A stretch of DNA of 64,000 bases, taken from contig DKCJ01000024.1 in NCBI GenBank assembly GCA_002451465.1, forward strand, positions 29,578-93,577, in the 5' to 3' direction. The translations under genes and the position numbers were made by a program. Of this stretch, positions 8,987 to 18,015 are shown in pieces. How positions within the stretch are numbered: the first letter of the stretch is position 1; every line of letters starts with the position of its first letter. Below the pieces are notes generated by a model. It made no database searches, was not told the origin of the DNA, and saw only the letters and a list, made by a program, of their open reading frames with translations. The DNA comes from Bacillales bacterium UBA6877. Lineage in GTDB: Bacteria > Bacillota_I > Bacilli_A > RFN20 > CAG-826.

Positions 8987-11311
8987 ATGATAACAAAAAT
9001 CAATAATAAATGGCGTTTCATCAATAATTTCAAAGATGAATATATTAAAAAAACACCTAAAAATGCTAAAGAAATTTCATTACCACATAATGTACATGAT
9101 GTTCCTTCATCGTATTTTAATGAAAATGATTATCAGTTTGTTTCAACTTATTTTAAAACAATAGAAATTAAAAACTTCTCAAAAGATAAACATTACTTTT
9201 TAAAATTTGATGGCGTTATGCTAAAAGGTAAAATTTATTTAAATGGAATTTTTATTGAAGACTTTATAAGTGGCTATTTACCTATTGAAATTGAGATTAC
9301 TAATAACATAAAAGAAGGTAAAAATCACCTTGTAGTCGTTGTTGACTCAAGAGAGGATAAACTAATACCACCATTTGGTTTTGTTGTTGATTATTTAACA
9401 TTTGGGGGTATATATCGCGATGTTTTCTTAATTGAAAAACCAAAAGTTTATATTAAAGATTTATTTGTTCATGGTTCAATGAATGGAAAACTTACAATAA
9501 AACGAACAATCTCTGATAACGCTACAAAAAATACCAAGTTAATGTATGAGCTTCTTTATAAAAATAAATTAGTTAAAAAATTTAATGAAGATTCAATTAT
9601 CATTGATAATGTTAAACTTTGGTCTATTGACGAACCAAATCTTTACACTTTAAAAGCAACCTTAAAAGATGAAAATAATATTGATACATTTATTGTTCGC
9701 TTTGGATTTAAAGATGCGATTTTTAAAAAAGATGGTTTTTATCTTAATAATCAAAAAATCAAAATATTAGGTCTTAATAGACACCAATCATACCCTTGTG
9801 TTGGTTATGCTATGCCAAAACTAATGCAAGAAGAAGATGCATTAATTTTAAAAAATGAAATTGGTGTTAATGCAGTCCGTTGTTCACATTACCCACAAAG
9901 TGATTATTTTTTAGCAAAATGTGACGAAATTGGCTTGCTTGTTTTTGATGAGGTTCCTGGTTGGCAACATATTGGTGAAGAAAAAAAGTGGCGTGAAAAT
10001 TTCTTAGACTTTATTAAAAGAATGGTTTTGAAAGACCGCAATTTTACATCTATAATCGCTTATGGAGTTCGTGTAGATGAATCAAAAGATGATCATGATT
10101 TGTATTCGAAAGCAAATGAAATCGTTCATAAATTAGATCCATATAAACAAACAACTGGTGTGAGAAATTTTAAAACAAGCGAATGTTTAGAAGATGTTTA
10201 TTCCTATAATGATTTTTCTTGCGACAATGAAACACATGGTTTAGATAAACCAAAGTCTGTTAAAACAAATGGTAAACCATATGTTGTAACAGAATGCATG
10301 GGACATATGAAACCAACAAAAAACTACGATAACGAGGATTATCGCGTAAAAACTGCTTTAAGATATGCAAAAATAATTGATGATACATTTAAATATAAAA
10401 GTATATCAGGCACTTTTTTCTGGTGTGCATTTGATTATAATACACATAAAGACTTTGGTTCTGGCGATCATATTTGTCATCATGGCGTTTATGATATGTT
10501 TAGAAATCCAAAGATTTCGAGCTCAATAATTAAAGCGCAAGGTTTAAAACATCCATATATGGAAGTTTTAGGAAACCAAAATATTGGCGATTATTGTGCT
10601 GCAATATTTGGTAATATTTATATTGCAACAAATTTAGATTATGTAGATTTTTATATAAATAATAAACTTATAAATCGATTTTACCCAGATAGAAAGAACT
10701 ATCCAAATACTCCGCATCCACTCATAAAAATTGATGATTTAGTTGGTGATAGGTTAAATAACCAATTTAAAAAGAGAGATATTAAATTAATCAAAGAAGT
10801 ATTTAACTATATAGCATTTAATGGAACAAATAAATTACCATTAAAATATTTATTAAAATCAGCATTAGTCTTAATAAGAACACGCATGAGTTACAGTTAT
10901 TTCAAAGATTTATATACAAAAGTTATTCAAAATTGGGGAAGTGAATCTTCTGGTTTTATTTTTAAAGGTTATAAAGATAATGCTTTAATGTGCACCAAAA
11001 CTTTAAGTCCATCGATGAAATTTTCGTTGTCTTATGATTTAAAAAATCAAACTTTAAATCTTAAAGATGATGCATATGTTGTTACAAGACTTTCAATCAA
11101 ACATATAGACCAAAATAACTCATTATTAAATTATTCTTTTTTACCATTAATAATTGAAGCATCTAACAATCTTGAAGTTATTGGCCCAAATATTGTAAGT
11201 CTAAATGGAGGACAAACTTCTATCTATATAAAAGCAATCAAAAAAGGATTTGGCAAAATAAAAATTAAAAGTGAACTTGAAACAAAAATTATTAAAATAA
11301 AAATTAAATAA
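8987..11311 (+). CDS. Glycoside hydrolase family 2 protein (beta-galactosidase/beta-glucuronidase class)
   Basis: NAVRCSHYPQSDYFLAKCDEIGLLVFDEVPGWQ is a typical GH2 TIM-barrel block. The N-terminal sugar-binding and Ig-like regions are also present. Confidence 0.8.
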   Translation: MITKINNKWRFINNFKDEYIKKTPKNAKEISLPHNVHDVPSSYFNENDYQFVSTYFKTIEIKNFSKDKHYFLKFDGVMLKGKIYLNGIFIEDFISGYLPIEIEITNNIKEGKNHLVVVVDSREDKLIPPFGFVVDYLTFGGIYRDVFLIEKPKVYIKDLFVHGSMNGKLTIKRTISDNATKNTKLMYELLYKNKLVKKFNEDSIIIDNVKLWSIDEPNLYTLKATLKDENNIDTFIVRFGFKDAIFKKDGFYLNNQKIKILGLNRHQSYPCVGYAMPKLMQEEDALILKNEIGVNAVRCSHYPQSDYFLAKCDEIGLLVFDEVPGWQHIGEEKKWRENFLDFIKRMVLKDRNFTSIIAYGVRVDESKDDHDLYSKANEIVHKLDPYKQTTGVRNFKTSECLEDVYSYNDFSCDNETHGLDKPKSVKTNGKPYVVTECMGHMKPTKNYDNEDYRVKTALRYAKIIDDTFKYKSISGTFFWCAFDYNTHKDFGSGDHICHHGVYDMFRNPKISSSIIKAQGLKHPYMEVLGNQNIGDYCAAIFGNIYIATNLDYVDFYINNKLINRFYPDRKNYPNTPHPLIKIDDLVGDRLNNQFKKRDIKLIKEVFNYIAFNGTNKLPLKYLLKSALVLIRTRMSYSYFKDLYTKVIQNWGSESSGFIFKGYKDNALMCTKTLSPSMKFSLSYDLKNQTLNLKDDAYVVTRLSIKHIDQNNSLLNYSFLPLIIEASNNLEVIGPNIVSLNGGQTSIYIKAIKKGFGKIKIKSELETKIIKIKIK

Positions 11312-11327
11312 TTTCAATAAATATACA

Positions 11328-11815
11328 CTAAATAGAATGGCGATTATATGGTTTCCACTCCACATCCTTTAAAAAAACATCAATTTCATCCATCAGATTA
11401 TGGCTTCTTTTATAAAACTCCTTGTTCATTTCGCTAAAGAAATACTCTTTCATTTTTTGAGTTTTACTATCTTCAATACTCACTATTGGAAATGGATATG
11501 ATCTACGAATATCTAAACTATTGAAATTATCACCAAAAGAAATTGAATACAATTTATCAAAAGAACGACCATCAGCCTCTAATGGTTCGCGCTTAAGATT
11601 GCTATTCCATAAATCATTATAATAATCAATAATACCCTCACAAAAGGAACTTGGTTTAGACAAATAAAAACTTTTGCGCCTATATGTGTTATTTTCTTGA
11701 ATATATTCGTAATAAGAAATCTTGTTTGCATACGAAACATTAGCATCACTATTTTTTTATTGCATGATGTAACTATTAAAATTGCAATAAGACAAAATAT
11801 TTTTTTAAATATTTA
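11328..11815 (-). pseudogene. Frame-disrupted small lipoprotein gene
   Basis: The listed 111-aa ORF starts at TTG. Upstream in another frame lies a signal peptide with a lipobox (FKKIFCLIAILIVTSC, then NKK). One extra A in the A7 run (T7 on plus strand, 11752-11758) would join the signal peptide to the ORF (..CNKKNSDANVSYANKISYYEYIQENNTYRRKSFYLSKPSS..). There is no ATG start; an AAAGGAG RBS is followed by ATA. Confidence 0.55.
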
Positions 11816-12043
11816 ATTACTCCTTTTCGTCCTATATAAATACTACTTACAAAAAAATCTGAATTAACATAATAATCACCTAAATTCTTATCTTTTTCAC
11901 CATATTTAATTTATATATTATTCGATAAAAGTTGTATCGAAAGACCTGTAAATTGCACTAGTACAAAATTTATTTAATGTCTTATAATCCCTTCAACCAA
12001 AAGCTCGACTAATAATGTTTTTCATCACAAAGAGCATTAATTC

Positions 12044-13621
12044 CTATTTTTGTCTATTATTTATTTCATTAACCATTTTTTTATAATAATTTTCATCAAT
12101 AATATAGAACTTTCTAATCAATACATATGAAATTATAAATAACAATAAAGGCAATATACACATAAAGAATTTTAACCAAATTATTTGATCAAAATTAATA
12201 CCTGCAATTAATTTATCGGCCGCAATTTTTACTTCTCCACTAGTAATTTCTCCTAAACCTTTTTTAATTTCATAATCACTAATACCACTACTAATTGCGT
12301 AAAGTGATGTCAAAGATAAGCCAACAAAGGTAACCCCATTCATTAAAGCGCTAGATATTTTAGCAGTAAGGGGTCTTAAAGAAAAGATAATTGCCTCTCT
12401 TCTTTCGCCAAACTTATATTCATTGAATTCAATGGTATTTGTCATCATGACAAGTAAAATAAGATAGAAAAGACCTTGCCCAGAAAATATAACAATTCCA
12501 AATATACAAAGAATGATAATATCAAACAACCTACCATCTGCACCTAAAGCATTTAAACCTAAAATTAATCCATTATTATTTAATGGTAAATCATAAAGGA
12601 AAAATAAAAGATAACCTATACTTAATAAAATAAAACTAAATTTAAATAATTGATTTCGGTTAAATTTTTTAATTAAAAGAGGGAATGAACATTGAGCAAT
12701 AATCGTTCCTAAAGCATAAGCTACAGTAAAATATGTCATAATTGAACCACCATTACTATAACCATAAACATAGTAAAAATAATTCATACCAAATCCATTT
12801 AATATGGCACTTCCAAGATAATAAATACACATAACAATGGTGGTTACTCTTGTTTGGCTATTATTTTTTAAAATTTTAAACATATCAGTAAACTTTGTTT
12901 CTTCTTGTTTTTCATCAACTGATCTTTTATGTTCTTTACAAAATAAGAAAAGAATTATTTGAGAAATTGCAAAAAGTAAAGCTATAACAAGAGATGAAAT
13001 GCTATATGATTGAACAGCATTACCAGCAACAATAGTAGGTAAAATTCCTCCGGCAGCAAAAGCACCAACAGAAGCAAAAATACTAACTAAAGTTGTAAGA
13101 CTATTACGTTCTTTTTCATCACTAGATAAACTTGGCAGCATACTCCAATAGCCAATATCATTCATTGTAAAAGTAAAATCCCATAAAAGATAGAATATGC
13201 CGAAGAAAATAACATACCACCATCCTCCAGGTCTTAGAGTAAACATTAAAAATAAAATTACAGAATTAGTCAACCCACCAATTAAAATCCATGGTTTATA
13301 TTTTCCGAGTTTAAAATGAGTTTTTTCAATGATCCATCCCATAATAGGATCATTAAAACCATCCCAAACCTTTAATAAAACAATAATTATTGTGATTACA
13401 AGCATTTGAATTGTGTAAAGCGAATCACTTCTTGATGCCATGCTCGATGAGGATATATTAAACTCCCATCCAAAGCCAAGCGGTGCACAAAATTGTACAA
13501 AATTTAAAAAGAATAAAGAAACTAAAGTATAAGCGGCATCACGAAAAATAGTACAAAACGGATATAAAACCTTTGTACCTTTTGGTACTTTTGTGCCAGT
13601 AAATGTGTTATTTATTTTCAT
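12044..13621 (-). CDS. Glycoside-pentoside-hexuronide (GPH):cation symporter, MelB-like
   Basis: 12-TM protein carrying the GPH signature DGFNDPIMGWIIEKTHFKLGKYKPW. Confidence 0.85.
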   Translation of the reverse strand: MKINNTFTGTKVPKGTKVLYPFCTIFRDAAYTLVSLFFLNFVQFCAPLGFGWEFNISSSSMASRSDSLYTIQMLVITIIIVLLKVWDGFNDPIMGWIIEKTHFKLGKYKPWILIGGLTNSVILFLMFTLRPGGWWYVIFFGIFYLLWDFTFTMNDIGYWSMLPSLSSDEKERNSLTTLVSIFASVGAFAAGGILPTIVAGNAVQSYSISSLVIALLFAISQIILFLFCKEHKRSVDEKQEETKFTDMFKILKNNSQTRVTTIVMCIYYLGSAILNGFGMNYFYYVYGYSNGGSIMTYFTVAYALGTIIAQCSFPLLIKKFNRNQLFKFSFILLSIGYLLFFLYDLPLNNNGLILGLNALGADGRLFDIIILCIFGIVIFSGQGLFYLILLVMMTNTIEFNEYKFGERREAIIFSLRPLTAKISSALMNGVTFVGLSLTSLYAISSGISDYEIKKGLGEITSGEVKIAADKLIAGINFDQIIWLKFFMCILPLLLFIISYVLIRKFYIIDENYYKKMVNEINNRQK

Positions 13622-13709
13622 ATTTAAACCTCAAATATGATTTTATATTGTCTATACAAATTTAACAATTATTTTTATAGTAAAAATATTAAAAAACCAA
13701 GAGCATTAT

Positions 13710-14276
13710 TTATTTCTTTAATTTAAAACCATCTTTAAAAGCGTCGCCAACTCTTTCATTAACTTTATAATATCCATGGGTATATGGATCAAAAGCAATA
13801 GCATTAACAAGCGAAATATCTATTTTATTATCACGCATAACTTCTTCGCTTGCTGTAACATTTAAAACTCTACCAATAACACCAATCCCATTTCCTCCAC
13901 CTTGATATTCTATAAATTCACATTCAAGACAAATTGGAAATTCATTAATAATTGGTGCATCTACAAATGTTGATTTTGTAGCAGTTAAACCACTATTTTC
14001 AAACTTTTTTAAATTATCGTTTGCTGAAACAATTCCAAAATAATCAGCTTCAACAACATGTTTTGCGTCAGCAATACTAACGGTATAACCTTTTCTAGCT
14101 TTAATATTTTTAACAGTTTTATGAGTTTCAGTAAGATTAAGAGCAACCTTATCTCTATCCATCATTGTTCCCCAAGCAGCGTTCATAACATCAACACTAC
14201 CATCTTCATTATAAGTAGCAATCATTAAGACAGGCATTGGGAAAATTCCATCACTAACATTAATTTTTTTACGCAT
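13710..14276 (-). CDS. Flavin reductase family (flavoredoxin-like) protein
   Basis: PMPVLMIATYNEDGSVDVMNAAWG is typical of FMN-binding split-barrel flavin reductases. I place the start at MRKKINV (AAAGGAG 5 nt upstream). Confidence 0.75.
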   Translation of the reverse strand: MRKKINVSDGIFPMPVLMIATYNEDGSVDVMNAAWGTMMDRDKVALNLTETHKTVKNIKARKGYTVSIADAKHVVEADYFGIVSANDNLKKFENSGLTATKSTFVDAPIINEFPICLECEFIEYQGGGNGIGVIGRVLNVTASEEVMRDNKIDISLVNAIAFDPYTHGYYKVNERVGDAFKDGFKLKK

Positions 14277-14325
14277 AATATCTCCTTTATTTTTATTATA
14301 TAAATCTATCAAATTAAATAATAAA

Positions 14326-14400
14326 CAAAAGTCCTATCACTTAAAAACCTCTTTCCATTTTTCAGGATAAGAGGTATGCATAATATTGATAGGACTTTTG
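14326..14400 (-). terminator. Nested inverted repeat, probably a terminator
   Basis: Outer perfect 14-nt arms CAAAAGTCCTATCA (14326-14339) and TGATAGGACTTTTG (14387-14400). Inner arms ACCTCTT (14347-14353) and AAGAGGT (14369-14375). On the minus strand each stem is followed by a U-rich run. The element begins 2 nt after the upstream stop. Confidence 0.45.
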
Positions 14401-14401
14401 T

Positions 14402-14632
14402 TTAATTACCAGCAAATGTCATGTGGTGGAATAATAAACACCAAATTAAATCAATCCAACCCCAAACAACACCAAATAATGTAACAAATAATGCTAACAA
14501 TAATCTAAAAACGCTTTTTCTATTAATTGCATTATCCCAACGAACCAAGACTTCAATAACCCAGTTTACTCCTGGAATAAGAAGTAAAATAAATTGTAAA
14601 AGTCTAGGTGTTGAATTAAACCATTTTGCCAT
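14402..14632 (-). CDS. Small two-TM membrane protein, function unknown
   Basis: 76 aa with two hydrophobic helices. AAAGGAG RBS 8 nt upstream of the ATG. Confidence 0.6.
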   Translation of the reverse strand: MAKWFNSTPRLLQFILLLIPGVNWVIEVLVRWDNAINRKSVFRLLLALFVTLFGVVWGWIDLIWCLLFHHMTFAGN

Positions 14633-14696
14633 TTTTCTATCTCCTTTTGATAATATTTTATAATGAAATAGTTAATATTCAATATTTTTTGTATGA

Positions 14697-15209
14697 TTAT
14701 CTTTTTAAAATTTTCACAATTTCTCCAATATAAAATGTATGGAGATTGCCATTAGAACCATAAACATTATCAATAATAGTTTTATCAACAAATTTATCTT
14801 TTTTAAGATCATCTTGATAAAGCTTTCTTAAAATAAATATAAGATTTGCTTCTTTAAAATATGATACTTCTCCATCATTTACATAATGAAAATCAACATT
14901 TTTAACTTTATCTTCATCTCTACCAGAATGTGTTCCTAAATATAAAAGTTCCTTCTTATATTTTTCGTCGAAAAAACTAATTGAAAAATATTCGCTTTCA
15001 TTAATAAATCCATATGTATATCTTTCAGGACGAATAAAAGCCACCATAACAGGCTTATTCCAAAGTTTTCCATAAGTCCCCCAAGCAATAGTTAAACAAT
15101 TTGTATTTCCTACTTTATTTCTAGCCGCTAATACACCAAAATGATCACCAAAAAATTTATTTGCGTCGAAATTTATATCTTTTAATGTTATTTTTTTAAA
15201 GTTTTCCAT
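14697..15209 (-). CDS. Flavin reductase-like domain protein
   Basis: 170 aa. CLTIAWGTYGKLWNKPVMVAFIRPERYT resembles a flavin reductase-like fold. AAAAGGAG RBS upstream. Confidence 0.65.
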   Translation of the reverse strand: MENFKKITLKDINFDANKFFGDHFGVLAARNKVGNTNCLTIAWGTYGKLWNKPVMVAFIRPERYTYGFINESEYFSISFFDEKYKKELLYLGTHSGRDEDKVKNVDFHYVNDGEVSYFKEANLIFILRKLYQDDLKKDKFVDKTIIDNVYGSNGNLHTFYIGEIVKILKR

Positions 15210-15406
15210 ATCTAAACTCCTTTTTATTATTATAAATATAAATCAAAAAAGATAATAAGATAAAGTATTTAAAGTTATAATTATTAACTTAAAAGATTAT
15301 AAAATTTCCTTAATAAATCACGATATTCTAAAATAAAAAGCATCCTTTTATGGAAAATGTTAAAATTTAAGAATTCGTAGAAGCGGTGACACTATGTATG
15401 TTTTAC

Positions 15407-15435
15407 TTGAATTATCTTTGATTGTTTAATATAAT
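15407..15435 (+). promoter_or_regulatory. Promoter of tRNA-Gly
   Basis: TTGAAT (15407-15412), 17-nt spacer, TATAAT (15430-15435). The tRNA starts 11 nt downstream. Confidence 0.6.
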
Positions 15436-15445
15436 AATTTAGCGC

Positions 15446-15519
<74 letters not shown>

Positions 15520-15603
15520 GAAAAAAATTTATTGTAAATAACTATTTATTTGAATTTATTTATTAAATCAGTAAAAAGCCAATAAACAAAAAACATAAAA
15601 GTC

Positions 15604-15636
15604 AAAAATCACCGAGAAATCGGTGATTTTTATTTC
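15604..15636. terminator. Bidirectional rho-independent terminator
   Basis: AAAAATCACCGA-GAAA-TCGGTGATTTTT, a perfect stem flanked by A- and T-runs. Confidence 0.65.
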
Positions 15637-15643
15637 TATAATT

Positions 15644-16148
15644 TTATTTAGCATTTATTGTTATTACGTTATCTTTGGTTTTTATAGAGCTAGCAATAAT
15701 CAATAAAAGAGGTCTTAAAACTCCGAATGATATAACATTTAAAACCAAAAATATAATATAAAAACTTTTTGCCTTAGTTTTATAAATATCATTAACAATT
15801 ATTAAATCGAAAAAAACAATAAAACGAGCAATGCGGTAGATATAATAAAAATATAAATTCTTAAATCAATTAAATAATAATATGGAAAAAGAGATGTAAT
15901 TAATAAAATTGTAAATAACGAAGAAAAAACTCCAATAATTTTATGATTTGCTATCTTTCCTAGTAAATATTTATTATAAAAAGGAATCCAAGCACGAACA
16001 CAAATTTTTTCCCACTACATGTGAGTAATTTCTTCACCGAAAAACTTTGCAATATATAACTTACAATAAGATAAATTAATGTTAATATCATTAATGCTAA
16101 TAATAAAACTCCTACAATCGCTAAAACTATAACTCCAATAAATCCCAT
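15644..16148 (-). pseudogene. Multi-TM membrane protein gene broken into three frames
   Basis: The 62-aa ORF (15960-16148) continues in two other frames (GKIANHKIIGVFSSLFTILLITSLFPYYYLIDLRIYIFIISTALLVLLFFSI, then IVNDIYKTKAKSFYIIFLVLNVISFGVLRPLLLIIASSIKTKDNVITINAK). Both frame breaks coincide with homopolymers: T6 at 16005-16010 and A7 at 15810-15816 on the plus strand. Confidence 0.5.
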
Positions 16149-16380
16149 AACAAGTTTTTTCTCTATTCCGTAATTTTTATCTAATATTTTTTTATACCAT
16201 AAATAACATATAAATCAACGTATTTTCCTAAAGCTATAGATTTTAAAATTAACTAAAATCAGCTTATGTAAAAACTTTAAATAAAAACTATTAATATTTA
16301 TCATTAATTAGAAAAATAACTAAGTTAAAAAGCATAAGTTTATATGTATTTATTTTTATAAATTAAATATAATAATTAAC

Positions 16381-16965
16381 ATGTTAGAAATTTTAATTGC
16401 AACAAACAACGAACATAAATTGAAAGAATTTAAAGATATTTTTAAAGACTATGAGGTTAAACTATATTCTTTAAATGATTTAAATTTAAATATTAATGTT
16501 GATGAAAATGGAAAAACATTTTATGAAAACGCCTTAATTAAGTGTAATGCCCTTAAAAAATATACATCTATGCCTATTATTGCTGATGATAGTGGCATTA
16601 TAATTGATGGCTTAGGGGATAATTTCCCTGGCATACATTCACATAGATATATGGAAGAAAAGGGTGGTCAGGCAAAATGTTTAGATTATCTCACTAAAAA
16701 TTATTTAGGACATAAAGCAAAATTTCATTGTTCTATTGTTTTAGTTAATCTTTTGAGTGAACCAGTCGAATTTGTCGGAGAAGTAAGTGGAACAATTTCT
16801 AAAATTGTGAAAAATGCTCCTTTTGGCTATGATCCAATTTTTAAACTTGATTCAATTAATAAAACTTTTAGTGAACTAACAAGTAAAGAAAAAGACAAGA
16901 TGTCTCATCGATATCTTGCCTCCATTAAATTACTAGATTTTTTAAAGACCAATCATTACATTTAA
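16381..16965 (+). CDS. rdgB: Non-canonical purine NTP pyrophosphatase (RdgB/HAM1 family)
   Basis: The N-terminus ILIATNNEHKLKEFKDIF and C-terminal FGYDPIF...SHR motifs are typical of the family. Confidence 0.85.
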   Translation: MLEILIATNNEHKLKEFKDIFKDYEVKLYSLNDLNLNINVDENGKTFYENALIKCNALKKYTSMPIIADDSGIIIDGLGDNFPGIHSHRYMEEKGGQAKCLDYLTKNYLGHKAKFHCSIVLVNLLSEPVEFVGEVSGTISKIVKNAPFGYDPIFKLDSINKTFSELTSKEKDKMSHRYLASIKLLDFLKTNHYI

Positions 16966-17924
16966 TAACATTTCTTTATTAAATAAGTAAACATAAAATA
17001 TCCACCAAGCGCTAATACAACTGGTATTGCACATAAATATACAAATAGATTATTTTTGCTTACAAAGAAAATAATTAAAAAAGTGAGTATTAAAATAGTT
17101 AATACTACAAAATAAAGAATCATCATCTTTCTTATTTTTACAGCTTTCTTATTAACTGGTAATAATGATAAATCGATATCACTAGGTATAGTAATATTGT
17201 ATTTATAGTCGTTAATTAACTCTTCTTTACCAGCACTTAAATGAACTAAACCATAACCATACACTTTATAATTATTATTTAAACGATGATTAATTCCATT
17301 TTCCATAGTTTCAAAATCCGTATTAAATAAGGTATTTTCATTTATAAAACTTTTATATTCTTCTTCATCAAGCAAAGATAAAGAATCTTTAAAATATTTC
17401 ATAACTTTATTTATTTCAATAATGCCATCTTTATAATAAGAAAAATATTCTTTATTATAAAAAACATCATTATTTGTTAGATTTTGTGAACACATCTTTA
17501 AAAATTGTTCAAAAGAATATATCGCATCACGCACAAAACTTAAATAAATAAAGGTATTTTCGGCATCAAGAACAATATCGTGTTTATCAATTGTTTCGAT
17601 AATATTTAAAAATTCTCGTTCATTTAATTTAGAAGCGTAAATTTTTGCAAGCATTGAACCAACCAAAGCTCCAAGATCGTTTTCTTTAAGCGTTAAAGCG
17701 TATTCATATTCTCCAGCTGCTTGCTCATATGCTTGCTTATAATATAAATCTTTATAAGCAGCGCTTGTAGCTCTTTTAAATTCGTTTTGTAATTTATTTT
17801 CACCATCTGCTAAATAAATTAATTCGTGACATTTTTTGCATTTTACACAACCATTAGGAAGAATATCACGATTTTCATCAACTTCAAAAACTTCCTCACA
17901 TTTTGGACACATTATTTTTTTCAT
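16962..17924 (-). CDS. Zinc-ribbon protein with helical middle region and two C-terminal TM helices, function unknown
   Basis: The N-terminus CPKCEEVF...CVKCKKCH is a 4-Cys ribbon. The C-terminus has two hydrophobic helices. There is a 4-nt convergent overlap with rdgB. Confidence 0.6.
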   Translation of the reverse strand: MKKIMCPKCEEVFEVDENRDILPNGCVKCKKCHELIYLADGENKLQNEFKRATSAAYKDLYYKQAYEQAAGEYEYALTLKENDLGALVGSMLAKIYASKLNEREFLNIIETIDKHDIVLDAENTFIYLSFVRDAIYSFEQFLKMCSQNLTNNDVFYNKEYFSYYKDGIIEINKVMKYFKDSLSLLDEEEYKSFINENTLFNTDFETMENGINHRLNNNYKVYGYGLVHLSAGKEELINDYKYNITIPSDIDLSLLPVNKKAVKIRKMMILYFVVLTILILTFLIIFFVSKNNLFVYLCAIPVVLALGGYFMFTYLIKKCY

Positions 17925-17972
17925 GTTTATAATTTTAACTTAATAAGCTCTATTTTTAAATAGAGAGCATTA

Positions 17973-18000
17973 AAAAAAGCTCTTTTTCAAGAGCTTTTTA
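17973..18000 (-). terminator. Terminator after tuf
   Basis: AAAGCTCTT-TTTC-AAGAGCTTT with flanking A/T runs. A second, weaker hairpin lies at 17947-17968. Confidence 0.6.
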
Positions 18001-18015
18001 ATCTTATTAGTTAAA

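Noticed and set aside
11816-12043. Short frames between the broken lipoprotein gene and the GPH transporter, including one that stays open only if TGA is read through
   Set aside because: There is no ATG plus RBS combination, the composition is not protein-like, and the argument would need a non-standard code that was rejected above.
14326-14400. FMN or other riboswitch upstream of the flavin reductase gene
   Set aside because: The element is only 75 nt long with two simple nested stems. None of the FMN-element conserved core is present. A terminator or repeat is the simpler reading.
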